Assembly (NCBI GenBank): GCA_964016885.1 | Contig: OZ024760.1 | Coordinates: forward strand, 21,328,001-21,392,000 | DNA length: 64,000 nucleotides | Origin: Eledone cirrhosa | Lineage: Eukaryota | Direction: 5' to 3' | In this document: one piece after another, positions 27,701 to 39,700 of the stretch | Position numbering within the stretch: the stretch's first letter is position 1 | How the letters are laid out: each line of letters opens with the position of its first letter | Program-made: the position numbers and the translations under genes | The notes under the pieces: generated by a model | Seen by the model: the letters and a program-made list of their open reading frames with translations, nothing else | What the model was told of the DNA's origin: nothing | Database searches by the model: none

Positions 27701-30700
27701 TTGAGATCACAGGTAATTTGATTGGTTTTATGGTTGGATGAATGAGTCGAGGTAGTGTCACTGACAAGGAGAGGAAGATGAGTTGCTAAGGAGTGATGGA
27801 AATAGTCAGTGATGAATGTTTTGCAGAGAATAGAGTGAGATGGCTGGGTCATGTGTTGAGGAAGGATAAAAGTGACTAGGTGAGAGGAAGAGATCCAGTG
27901 ATGGATGTTGTGAAGAGATGGAATGAGATGGCTGAGTTGTGCTGATGACGGATGAAGGTAACTGGGTGAGAGGAATAGAACCAGTGAAGAATGTTTTGCA
28001 GAGAATAGACTGAGATGGCTGGGTCATGTGTTGAGGAAGGATAAAAGTGACTAGGTGAGAGGAACAGATCCAGTGATGGATGTTGTGAAGAGATGGAATG
28101 AGATGGCTGAGTTGTGCTGATGACGGATGAAGGTAACTGGGTGAGAGGAATAGAACCAGTGAAGAATGTTTTGCAGAGAATAGACTGAGATGGCTGGGTC
28201 ATGTGTTGAGGAAGGATAAAAGTGACTAGGTGAGAGGAACAGATCCAGTGATGGATGTTGTGAAGAGATGGAATGAGATGGCTGAGTTGTGCTGATGACG
28301 GATGAAGGTAACTGGGTGAGAGGAATAGAACCAGTGAAGAATGTTTTGCAGAGAATAGACTGAGATGGCTGGGTCATGTGTTGAGGAAGGATGCAGGTAA
28401 CTGGGTGAGAGGAATAGAACCAGTGAAGAATGAAGGGAAGATAAATGGATTGACTTTCCCCAAGAAATATGTCTCCCTATTTTTTCCTTTATTTTTAGAA
28501 TGCACATTACCTGTCTCGTATCAATGAACTTGAAGCACAACTGGAGCGTGAAAGCCAAGAATTCAGCATGAAAATGAGCATAAAGGATGAAGAGATCAAA
28601 GATCTACGTAACAAACTTGCTGATATGACTGCTGAATCAGCCGAACTGTGGAATATTAAGGTGAAGCTGGATCTGGAATTGGCTGCTTACAGAAAACTTC
28701 TGGAGGGAGAAGAAGAGAGGTAAGGAACCCTTAAATTGGCCTAGTGGTTATGGTGTTGTACTCCTAATCATAAGGTTGTTGGTTCAATTCCTGGACCATG
28801 TGATGCGTTGTATTAAGCATGGTGCTTCATTTCATGTTGCTTTTTATGACTGGCCCAAGGACCTTGTTAACATCCCCAAGACAAAACCCCCATAGGCAAC
28901 CAGTCAAGCCTAGATATTCCACCTGCCACACCATAAAGGAAACTTAAAAGTCAGTCTGCCTTGTGGTCCCAGCCGACAGGATGGAAAAGACATCACCCAG
29001 TAGATGGTGAGGGAGACACACTTGAACAGCCACTCCACCAGATGGGGTTGCACTGCTCAGCAGTGAAAAGAGATGTCTCTGGAGACCACAAACACCGGAA
29101 GTCTCCACACACAAATAATCAGAATAAAGGCCTTGTATTAAAACTTATTGGAAAAATAGTTTTTAAAAAAGGCTGAAGCCAATGGCTAAAAGTTAACTAG
29201 AAACTGGACATGGTAAATTTTTAGAAGTTACATGCATAACTTTTATTAATCTGTTGACTAGCAATGGTCACCATCTTTTTAAGACTGCCTGGCCTGGTGA
29301 TTAGTGTTGGACTCGCAGTCATTAGGTTGCGGGTTTGATTCCTGGACTGGGTGGGAACTTGTGCAACATGATTTCTCTTTAAGTTGCTCTGGTCCACTTA
29401 ACTGGATGTGGAGGGGGTGAGCAGCAGCAAATGGGGGGTTTAAATCTGTTGGAGACTGACATCTAGTCCAGGAGAGTTGGACTTGTTCATGATAGGACAG
29501 GGGCCCTTATCATTAAAAACACTCAAGAAACCTCTTAGGAAGGAAATGCAACCTTGTAAGATACCAGCTAAACCTACATAGGTGTAACAATACTTTTACC
29601 AAGCCACCATGCCCCTTCACCAACCTCCTAGGTTTCATTTCCTCTACCATCATCTTTAGCAAGGTCTTTCTCCTTCCTCAACACATGACTCAACCATCTC
29701 GTTCCGTTTCTCTTTCCAACATTCATTACTTACGCTATTCCCATCATTCCTTTCACCAAATCACCTTCATATATTCTTCAATACATGACTCGGTCATCTC
29801 AGTCTATTTCTTTCCACAACATCCATCATGGCTCTATTCCTTTCATCCAGTTATTTTCATCCTTCCTCAATACGTGACCCAGCCATTTCATTCCTATTTT
29901 CTTCATAACATCCATCACTAACTCTCTTCCAGTTACTTTCACACATGGCCTAGTCATCTCATTCTATTTCTCTTCACAACATTCATCACTCCTCTAGCCC
30001 TGTTATTTTCATCCTTCTCCTCAACACATGATTCAGCCATCTCATTAACTAACATTTTCTTTTCTTCCTTCCTTAGATTGAACCTCTCTCAAACTGAATC
30101 CTCCTCGCCCCCACGGTCTTTGTCACGAGGTAAGAAACGAAAGGTGATAGAAACCACCACTGAACAGAGCTCGTCAAAGAACCGCGACTACGCCTCAAGA
30201 TCTCAGTGTAAATCAGCAATTAGCATTGATTCTGTAGATACTGATGGCAAATTTATTAAAATAACTAACTCTGGTGAAAAGGTCAGTCAATTTAACATAT
30301 TTTATCTTGTTTTAATATTTACATATTTCTGTTAAAACTAATTACAGGAGTTATCTGAAAAGTTAATAGGCTGACTAAGATACTCTCATGGAATGACCAA
30401 ATGAGGTTTAGTTTTCAACATAGTCCCTGGAAAGAAACAATGTAGTTATTAATAGGAAGAGTTGAAATTAATACATGCAAGATTTCACAGCTCTAGCATC
30501 ACTTCATAGTTTGCCTGTGACCAAGATACTCTCATGGAATGACCAAATGATGTTTATTTTTCAACATAGTCCCTGAAAAGAAACAATGTAGTTATTAATA
30601 GGAAGAGTTGAAATTAATACATGCAAGATTTCACAGCACTAGCATCACTTCATAGTCTGCCTGTGACCAAGATACTCTCATGAAATGACCAAATGAGGTT

Positions 30701-33700
30701 TATTTTTCACTAAAGGACATGTCACCTTCCCCACTATAGGCCACATCATCCTCCCCACTTGTGAATATATAATAGTTAATCCTGTATATTAATGTTTATT
30801 TATTTCTTGTAGGATGTTGCAATTGGTGGCTGGATGCTGAAGCATGATACCGGAGGTGACGAGACTCTCTTTAAGTTCCATTCAAAAGCTGTTGTAAAAC
30901 CTGGAGCTAGCATTACTGTAAGTATTACACCTCTTCTAATTAAATGAAATATTAGCTGGTCTAATAGCAGAATTCTCTACCTTTTTCTGTTGAAACTGGC
31001 TGTAACTGGTCACTGAAACTGATGTTAAGGTATTGTTCTCAAAATAAATACTTTCAAAATGTCATAGATTCGATATTATGTGAGATAATTATGCGAGATA
31101 ATGCCTTTACCATGAAAATACAATAGTATATATAGAGTAATGTGAATGTTATGTGAGATATTATGTGAGGTAAAGCCTTTACCATGAAAATACAATAGTA
31201 TATATAGAGTAATGTGAATGCTAAAGGGTTAATGATAGTGACTTCAGTCCTACCACATTGTTGTTACAGTTTATACCTGTGTAGACTTAGCTGGCCGCAT
31301 AGCCGATTTCTAAGGAGTTTTAATGATAGTGACCCCAGTCCTATCACATTGTTTTTATAGCTCACACCTGTGTAGCTTTAGCTGGCCTGTTACTCAGGTG
31401 TTTTAATCATAGGCATCCCAGTCCTGTCATGAAAAGCAATCATCATCATTTTACTTCTGCTTTTCCCTGCTTGCAAGGGTTGGATGAGAACTGATTCTGG
31501 CGTGATTTCTACAGCTGGATGCCCTTCCTAACACCAACCTCATTTACAGTGAGTGCTGGGTGCTTTTTTTTATCCGTGGCACCTACACGACCACTTTACA
31601 GTGAGTGCTGGGTGCTTTTTTATCCGTGGCACCGACACGACCACTTTACAGTGTGGGCTGGGTGCTTTTTTGCCGTGGCACTTACACGACCACTTTGCAG
31701 TGGAATGATATGGACCCCATGTCCCTATCATCTCATTTCTACAGCTGAGTAAACTGGAGCAATGTGAAATAAAGTGTCTTGCTCAAGGAAACAACACATC
31801 ACTCGGTCTGGCAATATGAAATGAAACCTCTTGCTCCCGTCCAGTTCAAGAATTGAGCCCATGATTTTATGATTGTTAGTCCACCACACTAACTACTAGG
31901 CTACATTGCCTTCACTGGGTTTCTGGACATGTTGAGTGCATGAATGCTTATGTATATGTAGGGCCTTGTATGGGTAGTATTGTGTATGTTGGTTTGTTTA
32001 TGTGAATGATTGTGTGTGTGGCATTGTCTGAGTGAATGTTGTTTGTGTGGTGTTGTATGCGTGGAGGTTGTGTGTGTGGTGTTGTGTATATGTAGGTGTG
32101 TTTGTATGTATGTTACTCAGATGGTTTCTATTTTTTTTTTTGTTTTTATTTAACCCTTCTTCAGGTGTGGAGTGCAGATAGTGGACAAACACATTCTCCC
32201 CCAACAGATCTGGTCATGAAATCCCAAAAGTGGTTTGTGTCAGATGACATGAAAACAATTTTGTTGAACAGCACTGGTGACGTGAGTATTTCGAAAATTC
32301 AATCATCATCATCAGAAAGGGTTAACTCTATTGATACAAACCCCTGGTTTTATGCTTTAAAAGAAAGAAAATTAATGAAATTTACAGCTTGCACTTACAC
32401 AGCTGCAAGATTTCTTGGGTCTTTTAATGATAGGGGGCCCCCGGTCATTAAAAGCAACATGAAATGAAGCATCTTGCTCAAGGACAAATGCCAGATTTGA
32501 ATGCACCACTTTGATTTGGAGTCCGACAACCTAACTAGTAAGCCATATGATACAAAACTTGATTCCAAAGTGCAATTTATTTATATAGTTATGTATATCA
32601 TCATCCAAACTTGCATGGGTTGGACAGATCCTTTTCAACACAACAGCTCTCACCACTTCTACTCTGGTCTTTCAAGGTCTACCTCCACTGCAGCTTCCCA
32701 CCACTGGGATATCCTGGCACTACACCCAGCAATCATCATCCATGCACATCACTTGCCAGTACCAATGCAGTCTTCTCACCTGCGCACCACTTCACATTTC
32801 TCTTAAACTCAGTTTATCCAAGCTCTGCCTTTCTCTCATTTATATTGCATCCAACAGTACCTGGGGTCGATTTAATTGACTTTCCCCTTCCCCCAAAATT
32901 GCTGGCTTTCTGCCTAAATCAGAAATCATTATTACCATAGGGCAGTGAATTGGCAGTATCGGTAGAGGATTGGACGCCATGTTTTCTATCATAGTTACGT
33001 CCCTTTACAGTCTGAGTTCAAATCCCGCCGAGGTTGACTTTGCCTTTCATCATTACGGGGTCGATAAAATAAAGTACCAGTGATGTACTGGGTAATTGCT
33101 GGCCTTGTGCCTAAAGTAGAAACAATTATTATTATTATTAAGGGTGGTGGATTGGCAGTATCGGTAGAGCGTAAGACAATATGCTTTGTGTTATATAGTT
33201 ATGTCCCTTTACGTTCTGAGTTCAAACCCTCCCCCCCTAGGTTAGCTTTCTCTTTCATCCTTACGGGGTCGATTTAATCAATTTTCCTCTTCCCCTTGAA
33301 TTGCCAGCCTTGTGCCTAAATCAAAGAATTATTATTATTATTATTTTAGTTGATAGGCAGTGTCGGCAGAGTGTTGGACAGTTACAGCCCCTTTACGTTC
33401 TGTGTTCAAATCCACCCCCTTTCATAAAGAACCAGTGGATTGGCAGAGTGTTGGACAGTTACAGCCCCTTTACGTTCTGTGTTCAAATCCACCCCCTTTC
33501 ATAAAGAACTAGTGGATTGGCAGAGTGTTGGACAGTTACAGCCCCTTTACGTTCTGTGTTCAAATCCACCCCCTTTCATAAAGAACCAGTGGATTGGCAG
33601 AGTGTTGGACAGTTACAGCCCCTTTACGTTCTGTGTTCAAATCCACCCCCTTTCATAAAGAAGCAGTTATCTAGGCAGTGGATTGGCAGTGTCGGCAGAG

Positions 33701-36700
33701 CGTTGGACAGTTACAGCCCCTTTACGTTCTGTGTTCAAATCCACCCCCTTTCATAAAGAACCAGTTATCTAGGCAGTGGATTGGCAGTGTCGGCAGAGCG
33801 TTGGACAGTTACAGCCCCTTTACGTTCTGTGTTCAAATCCACCCCCTTTCATAAAGAACCAGTTATCTAGGCAGTGGATTGGCAGTGTCGGCAGAGTGTT
33901 GGACAGTTACAGCCCCTTTACGTTCTGTGTTCAAATCCACCCCCTTTCATAAAGAACCAGTGGATTGGCAGAGTGTTGGACAGTTACAGCCCCTTTACGT
34001 TCTGTGTTCAAATCCACCCCCTTTCATAAAGAACTAGTGGATTGGCAGAGTGTTGGACAGTTACAGCCCCTTTACGTTCTGTGTTCAAATCCACCCCCTT
34101 TCATAAAGAACCAGTGGATTGGCAGAGTGTTGGACAGTTACAGCCCCTTTACGTTCTGTGTTCAAATCCACCCCCTTTCATAAAGAAGCAGTTATCTAGG
34201 CAGTGGATTGGCAGTGTCGGCAGAGCGTTGGACAGTTACAGCCCCTTTACGTTCTGTGTTCAAATCCACCCCCTTTCATAAAGAACCAGTTATCTAGGCA
34301 GTGGATTGGCAGTGTCGGCAGAGCGTTGGACAGTTACAGCCCCTTTACGTTCTGTGTTCAAATCCACCCCCTTTCATAAAGAACCAGTTATCTAGGCAGT
34401 GGATTGGCAGTGTCGGCAGAGTGTTGGACAGTTACAGCCCCTTTACGTTCTGTGTTCAAATCCACCCCCTTTCATAAAGAACCAGTGGATTGGCAGAGTG
34501 TTGGACAGTTACAGCCCCTTTACGTTCTGTGTTCAAATCCACCCCCTTTCATAAAGAACTAGTGGATTGGCAGAGTGTTGGACAGTTACAGCCCCTTTAC
34601 GTTCTGTGTTCAAATCCACCCCCTTTCATAAAGAACCAGTGGATTGGCAGAGTGTTGGACAGTTACAGCCCCTTTACGTTCTGTGTTCAAATCCACCCCC
34701 TTTCATAAAGAAGCAGTTATCTAGGCAGTGGATTGGCAGTGTCGGCAGAGCGTTGGACAGTTACAGCCCCTTTACGTTCTGTGTTCAAATCCACCCCCTT
34801 TCATAAAGAACCAGTTATCTAGGCAGTGGATTGGCAGTGTCGGCAGAGCGTTGGACAGTTACAGCCCCTTTACGTTCTGTGTTCAAATCCACCCCCTTTC
34901 ATAAAGAACCAGTTATCTAGGCAGTGGATTGGCAGTGTCGGCAGAGCGTTGGACAGTTACAGCCCCTTTACGTTCTGTGTTCAAATCCACCCCCTTTCAT
35001 AAAGAAGCAGTTATCTAGGCAGTGGATTGGCAGTGTCGGCAGAGCGTTGGACAGTTACAGCCCCTTTACGTTCTGTGTTCAAATCCACCCCCTTTCATAA
35101 AGAACCAGTTATCTAGGCAGTGGATTGGCAGTGTCGGCAGAGCGTTGGACAGTTACAGCCCCTTTACGTTCTGTGTTCAAATCCACCCCCTTTCATAAAG
35201 AACCAGTTATCTAGGCAGTGGATTGGCAGTGTCGGCAGAGTGTTGGACAGTTACAGCCCCTTTACGTTCTGTGTTCAAATCCACCCCCTTTCATAAAGAA
35301 CCAGTGGATTGGCAGAGTGTTGGACAGTTACAGCCCCTTTACGTTCTGTGTTCAAATCCACCCCCTTTCATAAAGAACCAGTTATCTAGGCAGTGGATTG
35401 GCAGTGTCGGCAGAGCGTTGGACAGTTACAGCCCCTTTACGTTCTGTGTTCAAATCCACCCCCTTTCATAAAGAACCAGTTATCTAGGCAGTGGATTGGC
35501 AGTGTCGGCAGAGCGTTGGACAGTTACAGCCCCTTTACGTTCTGTGTTCAAATCCACCCCCTTTCATAAAGAACCAGTTATCTAGGCAGTGGATTGGCAG
35601 TGTCGGCAGAGCGTTGGACAGTTACAGCCCCTTTACGTTCTGTGTTCAAATCCACCCCCTTTCATAAAGAACCAGTTATCTAGGCAGTGGATTGGCAGTG
35701 TCGGCAGAGCGTTGGACAGTTACAGCCCCTTTACGTTCTGTGTTCAAATCCACCCCCTTTCATAAAGAACCAGTTATCTAGGCAGTGGATTGGCAGTGTC
35801 GGCAGAGCGTTGGACAGTTACAGCCCCTTTACGTTCTGTGTTCAAATCCACCCCCTTTCATAAAGAACCAGTTATCTAGGCAGTGGATTGGCAGTGTCGG
35901 CAGAGCGTTGGACAGTTACAGCCCCTTTACGTTCTGTGTTCAAATCCACCCCCTTTCATAAAGAACCAGTTATCTTGGCAGTGTCGGCAGAGTGTTGGAC
36001 AGTTACAGCCCCTTTACGTTCTGTGTTCAAATCCACCCCCTTTCATAAAGAACCAGTTATCTAGGCAGTGTCGGCAGAGCGTTGGACAGTTACAGCCCCT
36101 TTACGTTCTGTGTTCAAATCCACCCCCTTTCATAAAGAACCAGTTATCTTGGCAGTGGATTGGCAGTGTCGGCAGAGTGTTGGACAGTTACAGCCCCTTT
36201 ACGTTCTGTGTTCAAATCCACCCCCTTTCATAAAGAACCAGTTATCTAGGCAGTGTCGGCAGAGCGTTGGACAGTTACAGCCCCTTTACGTTCTGTGTTC
36301 AAATCCACCCCCTTTCATAAAGAACCAGTTATCTTGGCAGTGGATTGGCAGTGTCGGCAGAGTGTTGGACAGTTACAGCCCCTTTACGTTCTGTGTTCAA
36401 ATCCACCCCCTTTCATAAAGAACCAGTTATCTAGGCAGTGTCGGCAGAGCGTTGGACAGTTACAGCCCCTTTACGTTCTGTGTTCAAATCCACCCCCTTT
36501 CATAAAGAACCAGTTATCTTGGCAGTGGATTGGCAGTGTCGGCAGAGTGTTGGACAGTTACAGCCCCTTTACGTTCTGTGTTCAAATCCACCCCCTTTCA
36601 TAAAGAACCAGTTATCTAGGCAGTGGATTGGCAGTGTCGGCAGAGTGTTGGACAGTTACAGCCCCTTTACGTTCTGTGTTCAAATCCACCCCCTTTCATA

Positions 36701-39700
36701 AAGAACCAGTTATCTTGGCAGTGGATTGGCAGTGTCGGCAGAGTGTTGGACAGTTACAGCCCCTTTACGTTCTGTGTTCAAATCCACCCCCTTTCATAAA
36801 GAACCAGTGGATTGGCAGAGTGTTGGACAGTTACAGCCCCTTTACGTTCTGTGTTCAAATCCACCCCCTTTCATAAAGAACCAGTTATCTAGGCAGTGGA
36901 TTGGCAGTGTCGGCAGAGCGTTGGACAGTTACAGCCCCTTTACGTTCTGTGTTCAAATCCACCCCCTTTCATAAAGAACCAGTTATCTTGGCAGTGGATT
37001 GGCAGTGTTGGCAGAGCGTTGGACAGTTACAGCCCCTTTACGTTCTGTGTTCAAATCCACCCCCTTTCATAAAGAACCAGTTATCTAGGCAGTGGATTGG
37101 CAGTGTCGGCAGAGTGTTGGACAGTTACAGCCCCTTTACGTTCTGTGTTCAAATCCACCCCCTTTCATAAAGAACCAGTTATCTAGGCAGTGGATTGGCA
37201 GAGTGTTGGACAGTTACAGCCCCTTTACGTTCTGTGTTCAAATCCACCCCCTTTCATAAAGAACTAGTTATCTAGGCAGTGGATTGGCAGTGTCGGCAGA
37301 GTGTTGGACAGTTACAGCCCCTTTACGTTCTGTGTTCAAATCCACCCCCTTTCATAAAGAACCAGTTATCTAGGCAGTGGATTGGCAGAGTGTTGGACAG
37401 TTACAGCCCCTTTACGTTCTGTGTTCAAATCCACCCCCTTTCATAAAGAACTAGTTATCTAGGCAGTGGATTGGCAGTGTCGGCAGAGTGTTGGACAGTT
37501 ACAGCCCCTTTACGTTCTGTGTTCAAATCCGCCCCCTTTCATAAAGAACTAGTTATCTTGGCAGTGGATTGGCAGTGTCGGCAGAGTGTTGGACAGTTAC
37601 AGCCCCTTTACGTTCTGTGTTCAAATCCACCCCCTTTCATAAAGAACTAGTTATCTTGGCAGTGGATTGGCAGTGTCGGCAGAGTGTTGGACAGTTACAG
37701 CCCCTTTACGTTCTGTGTTCAAATCCGCCCCCTTTCATAAAGAACCAGTTATCTAGGCAGTGGATTGGCAGAGTGTTGGACAGTTACAGCCCCTTTACGT
37801 TCTGTGTTCAAATCCACCCCCTTTCATAAAGAACTAGTTATCTTGGCAGTGTCGGCAGAGCGTTGGACAGTTACAGCCCCTTTACGTTCTGTGTTCAAAT
37901 CCACCCCCTTTCATAAAGAACTAGTTATCTTGGCAGTGTTGGCAGAGTGTTGGACAGTTACAGCCCCTTTACGTTCTGTGTTCAAATCCACCCCCTTTCA
38001 TAAAGAACTAGTTATCTAGGCAGTGGATTGGCAGTGTCGGCAGAGTGTTGGACAGTTACAGCCCCTTTACGTTCTGTGTTCAAATCCACCCCCTTTCATA
38101 AAGAACTAGTTATCTTGGCAGTGGATTGGCAGTGTCGGCAGAGTGTTGGACAGTTACAGCCCCTTTACGTTCTGTGTTCAAATCCACCCCCTTTCATAAA
38201 GAACCAGTTATCTAGGCAGTGGATTGGCAGTGTCGGCAGAGTGTTGGACAGTTACAGCCCCTTTACGTTCTGTGTTCAAATCCACCCCCTTTCATAAAGA
38301 ACCAGTTATCTTGGCAGTGGATTGGCAGTGTCGGCAGAGTGTTGGACAGTTACAGCCCCTTTAGGTTCTGTGTTCAAATCCACCCCCTTTCATAGAGAAC
38401 CAGTTATCTAGGCAGTGGATTGGCAGTGTCGGCAGAGTGTTGGACAGTTACAGCCCCTTTACGTTCTGTGTTCAAATCCACCCCCTTTCATAAAGAACCA
38501 GTTATCTAGGCAGTGGATTGGCAGTGTCGGCAGAGTGTTGGACAGTTACAGCCCCTTTACGTTCTGTGTTCAAATCCACCCCCTTTCATAAAGAACCAGT
38601 TATCTAGGCAGTGTTGGCAGAGTGTTGGACAGTTACAGCCCCTTTACGTTCTGTGTTCAAATCCACCCCCTTTCATAAAGAACCAGTTATCTAGGCAGTG
38701 GATTGGCAGTGTCGGCAGAGTGTTGGACAGTTACAGCCCCTTTACGTTCTGTGTTCAAATCCACCCCCTTTCATAAAGAACCAGTTATCTAGGCAGTGTT
38801 GGCAGAGTGTTGGACAGTTACAGCCCCTTTACGTTCTGTGTTCAAATCCACCCCCTTTCATAAAGAACCAGTTATCTAGGCAGTGTTGGCAGAGTGTTGG
38901 ACAGTTACAGCCCCTTTACGTTCTGTGTTCAAATCCACCCCCTTTCATAAAGAACCAGTGGATTGGCAGAGTGTTGGACAGTTACAGCCCCTTTACGTTC
39001 TGTGTTCAAATCCACCCCCTTTCATAAAGAACTAGTTATCTTGGCAGTGTCGGCAGAGTGTTGGACAGTTACAGCCCCTTTACGTTCTGTGTTCAAATCC
39101 ACCCCCTTTCATAAAGAACTAGTTATCTAGGCAGTGGATTGGCAGTGTCGGCAGAGTGTTGGACAGTTACAGCCCCTTTACGTTCTGTGTTCAAATCCAC
39201 CCCCTTTCATAAAGAACCAGTGGATTGGCAGAGTGTTGGACAGTTACAGCCCCTTTACGTTCTGTGTTCAAATCCACCCCCTTTCATAAAGAACCAGTGG
39301 ATTGGCAGAGTGTTGGACAGTTACAGCCCCTTTACGTTCTGTGTTCAAATCCACCCCCTTTCATAAAGAACCAGTTATCTAGGCAGTGTCGGCAGAGTGT
39401 TGGACAGTTACAGCCCCTTTACGTTCTGTGTTCAAATCCACCCCCTTTCATAAAGAACCAGTGGATTGGCAGAGTGTTGGACAGTTACAGCCCCTTTACG
39501 TTCTGTGTTCAAATCCACCCCCTTTCATAAAGAACCAGTGGATTGGCAGAGTGTTGGAGAGTTACAGCCCCTTTACGTTCTGTGTTCAAATCCACCCCCT
39601 TTCATAAAGAACTAGTGGATTGGCAGAGTGTTGGACAGTTACAGCCCCTTTACGTTCTGTGTTCAAATCCACCCCCTTTCATAAAGAACCAGTGGATTGG

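Noticed and set aside
28630-28680. Unusual residues before the IF motif (ESAELWNIK versus the typical EYQELLDIK) as possible A-to-I recoding sites
   Set aside because: Only N-to-D could be restored by editing, N is common at that position in IF proteins, and the other differences cannot be edited back.
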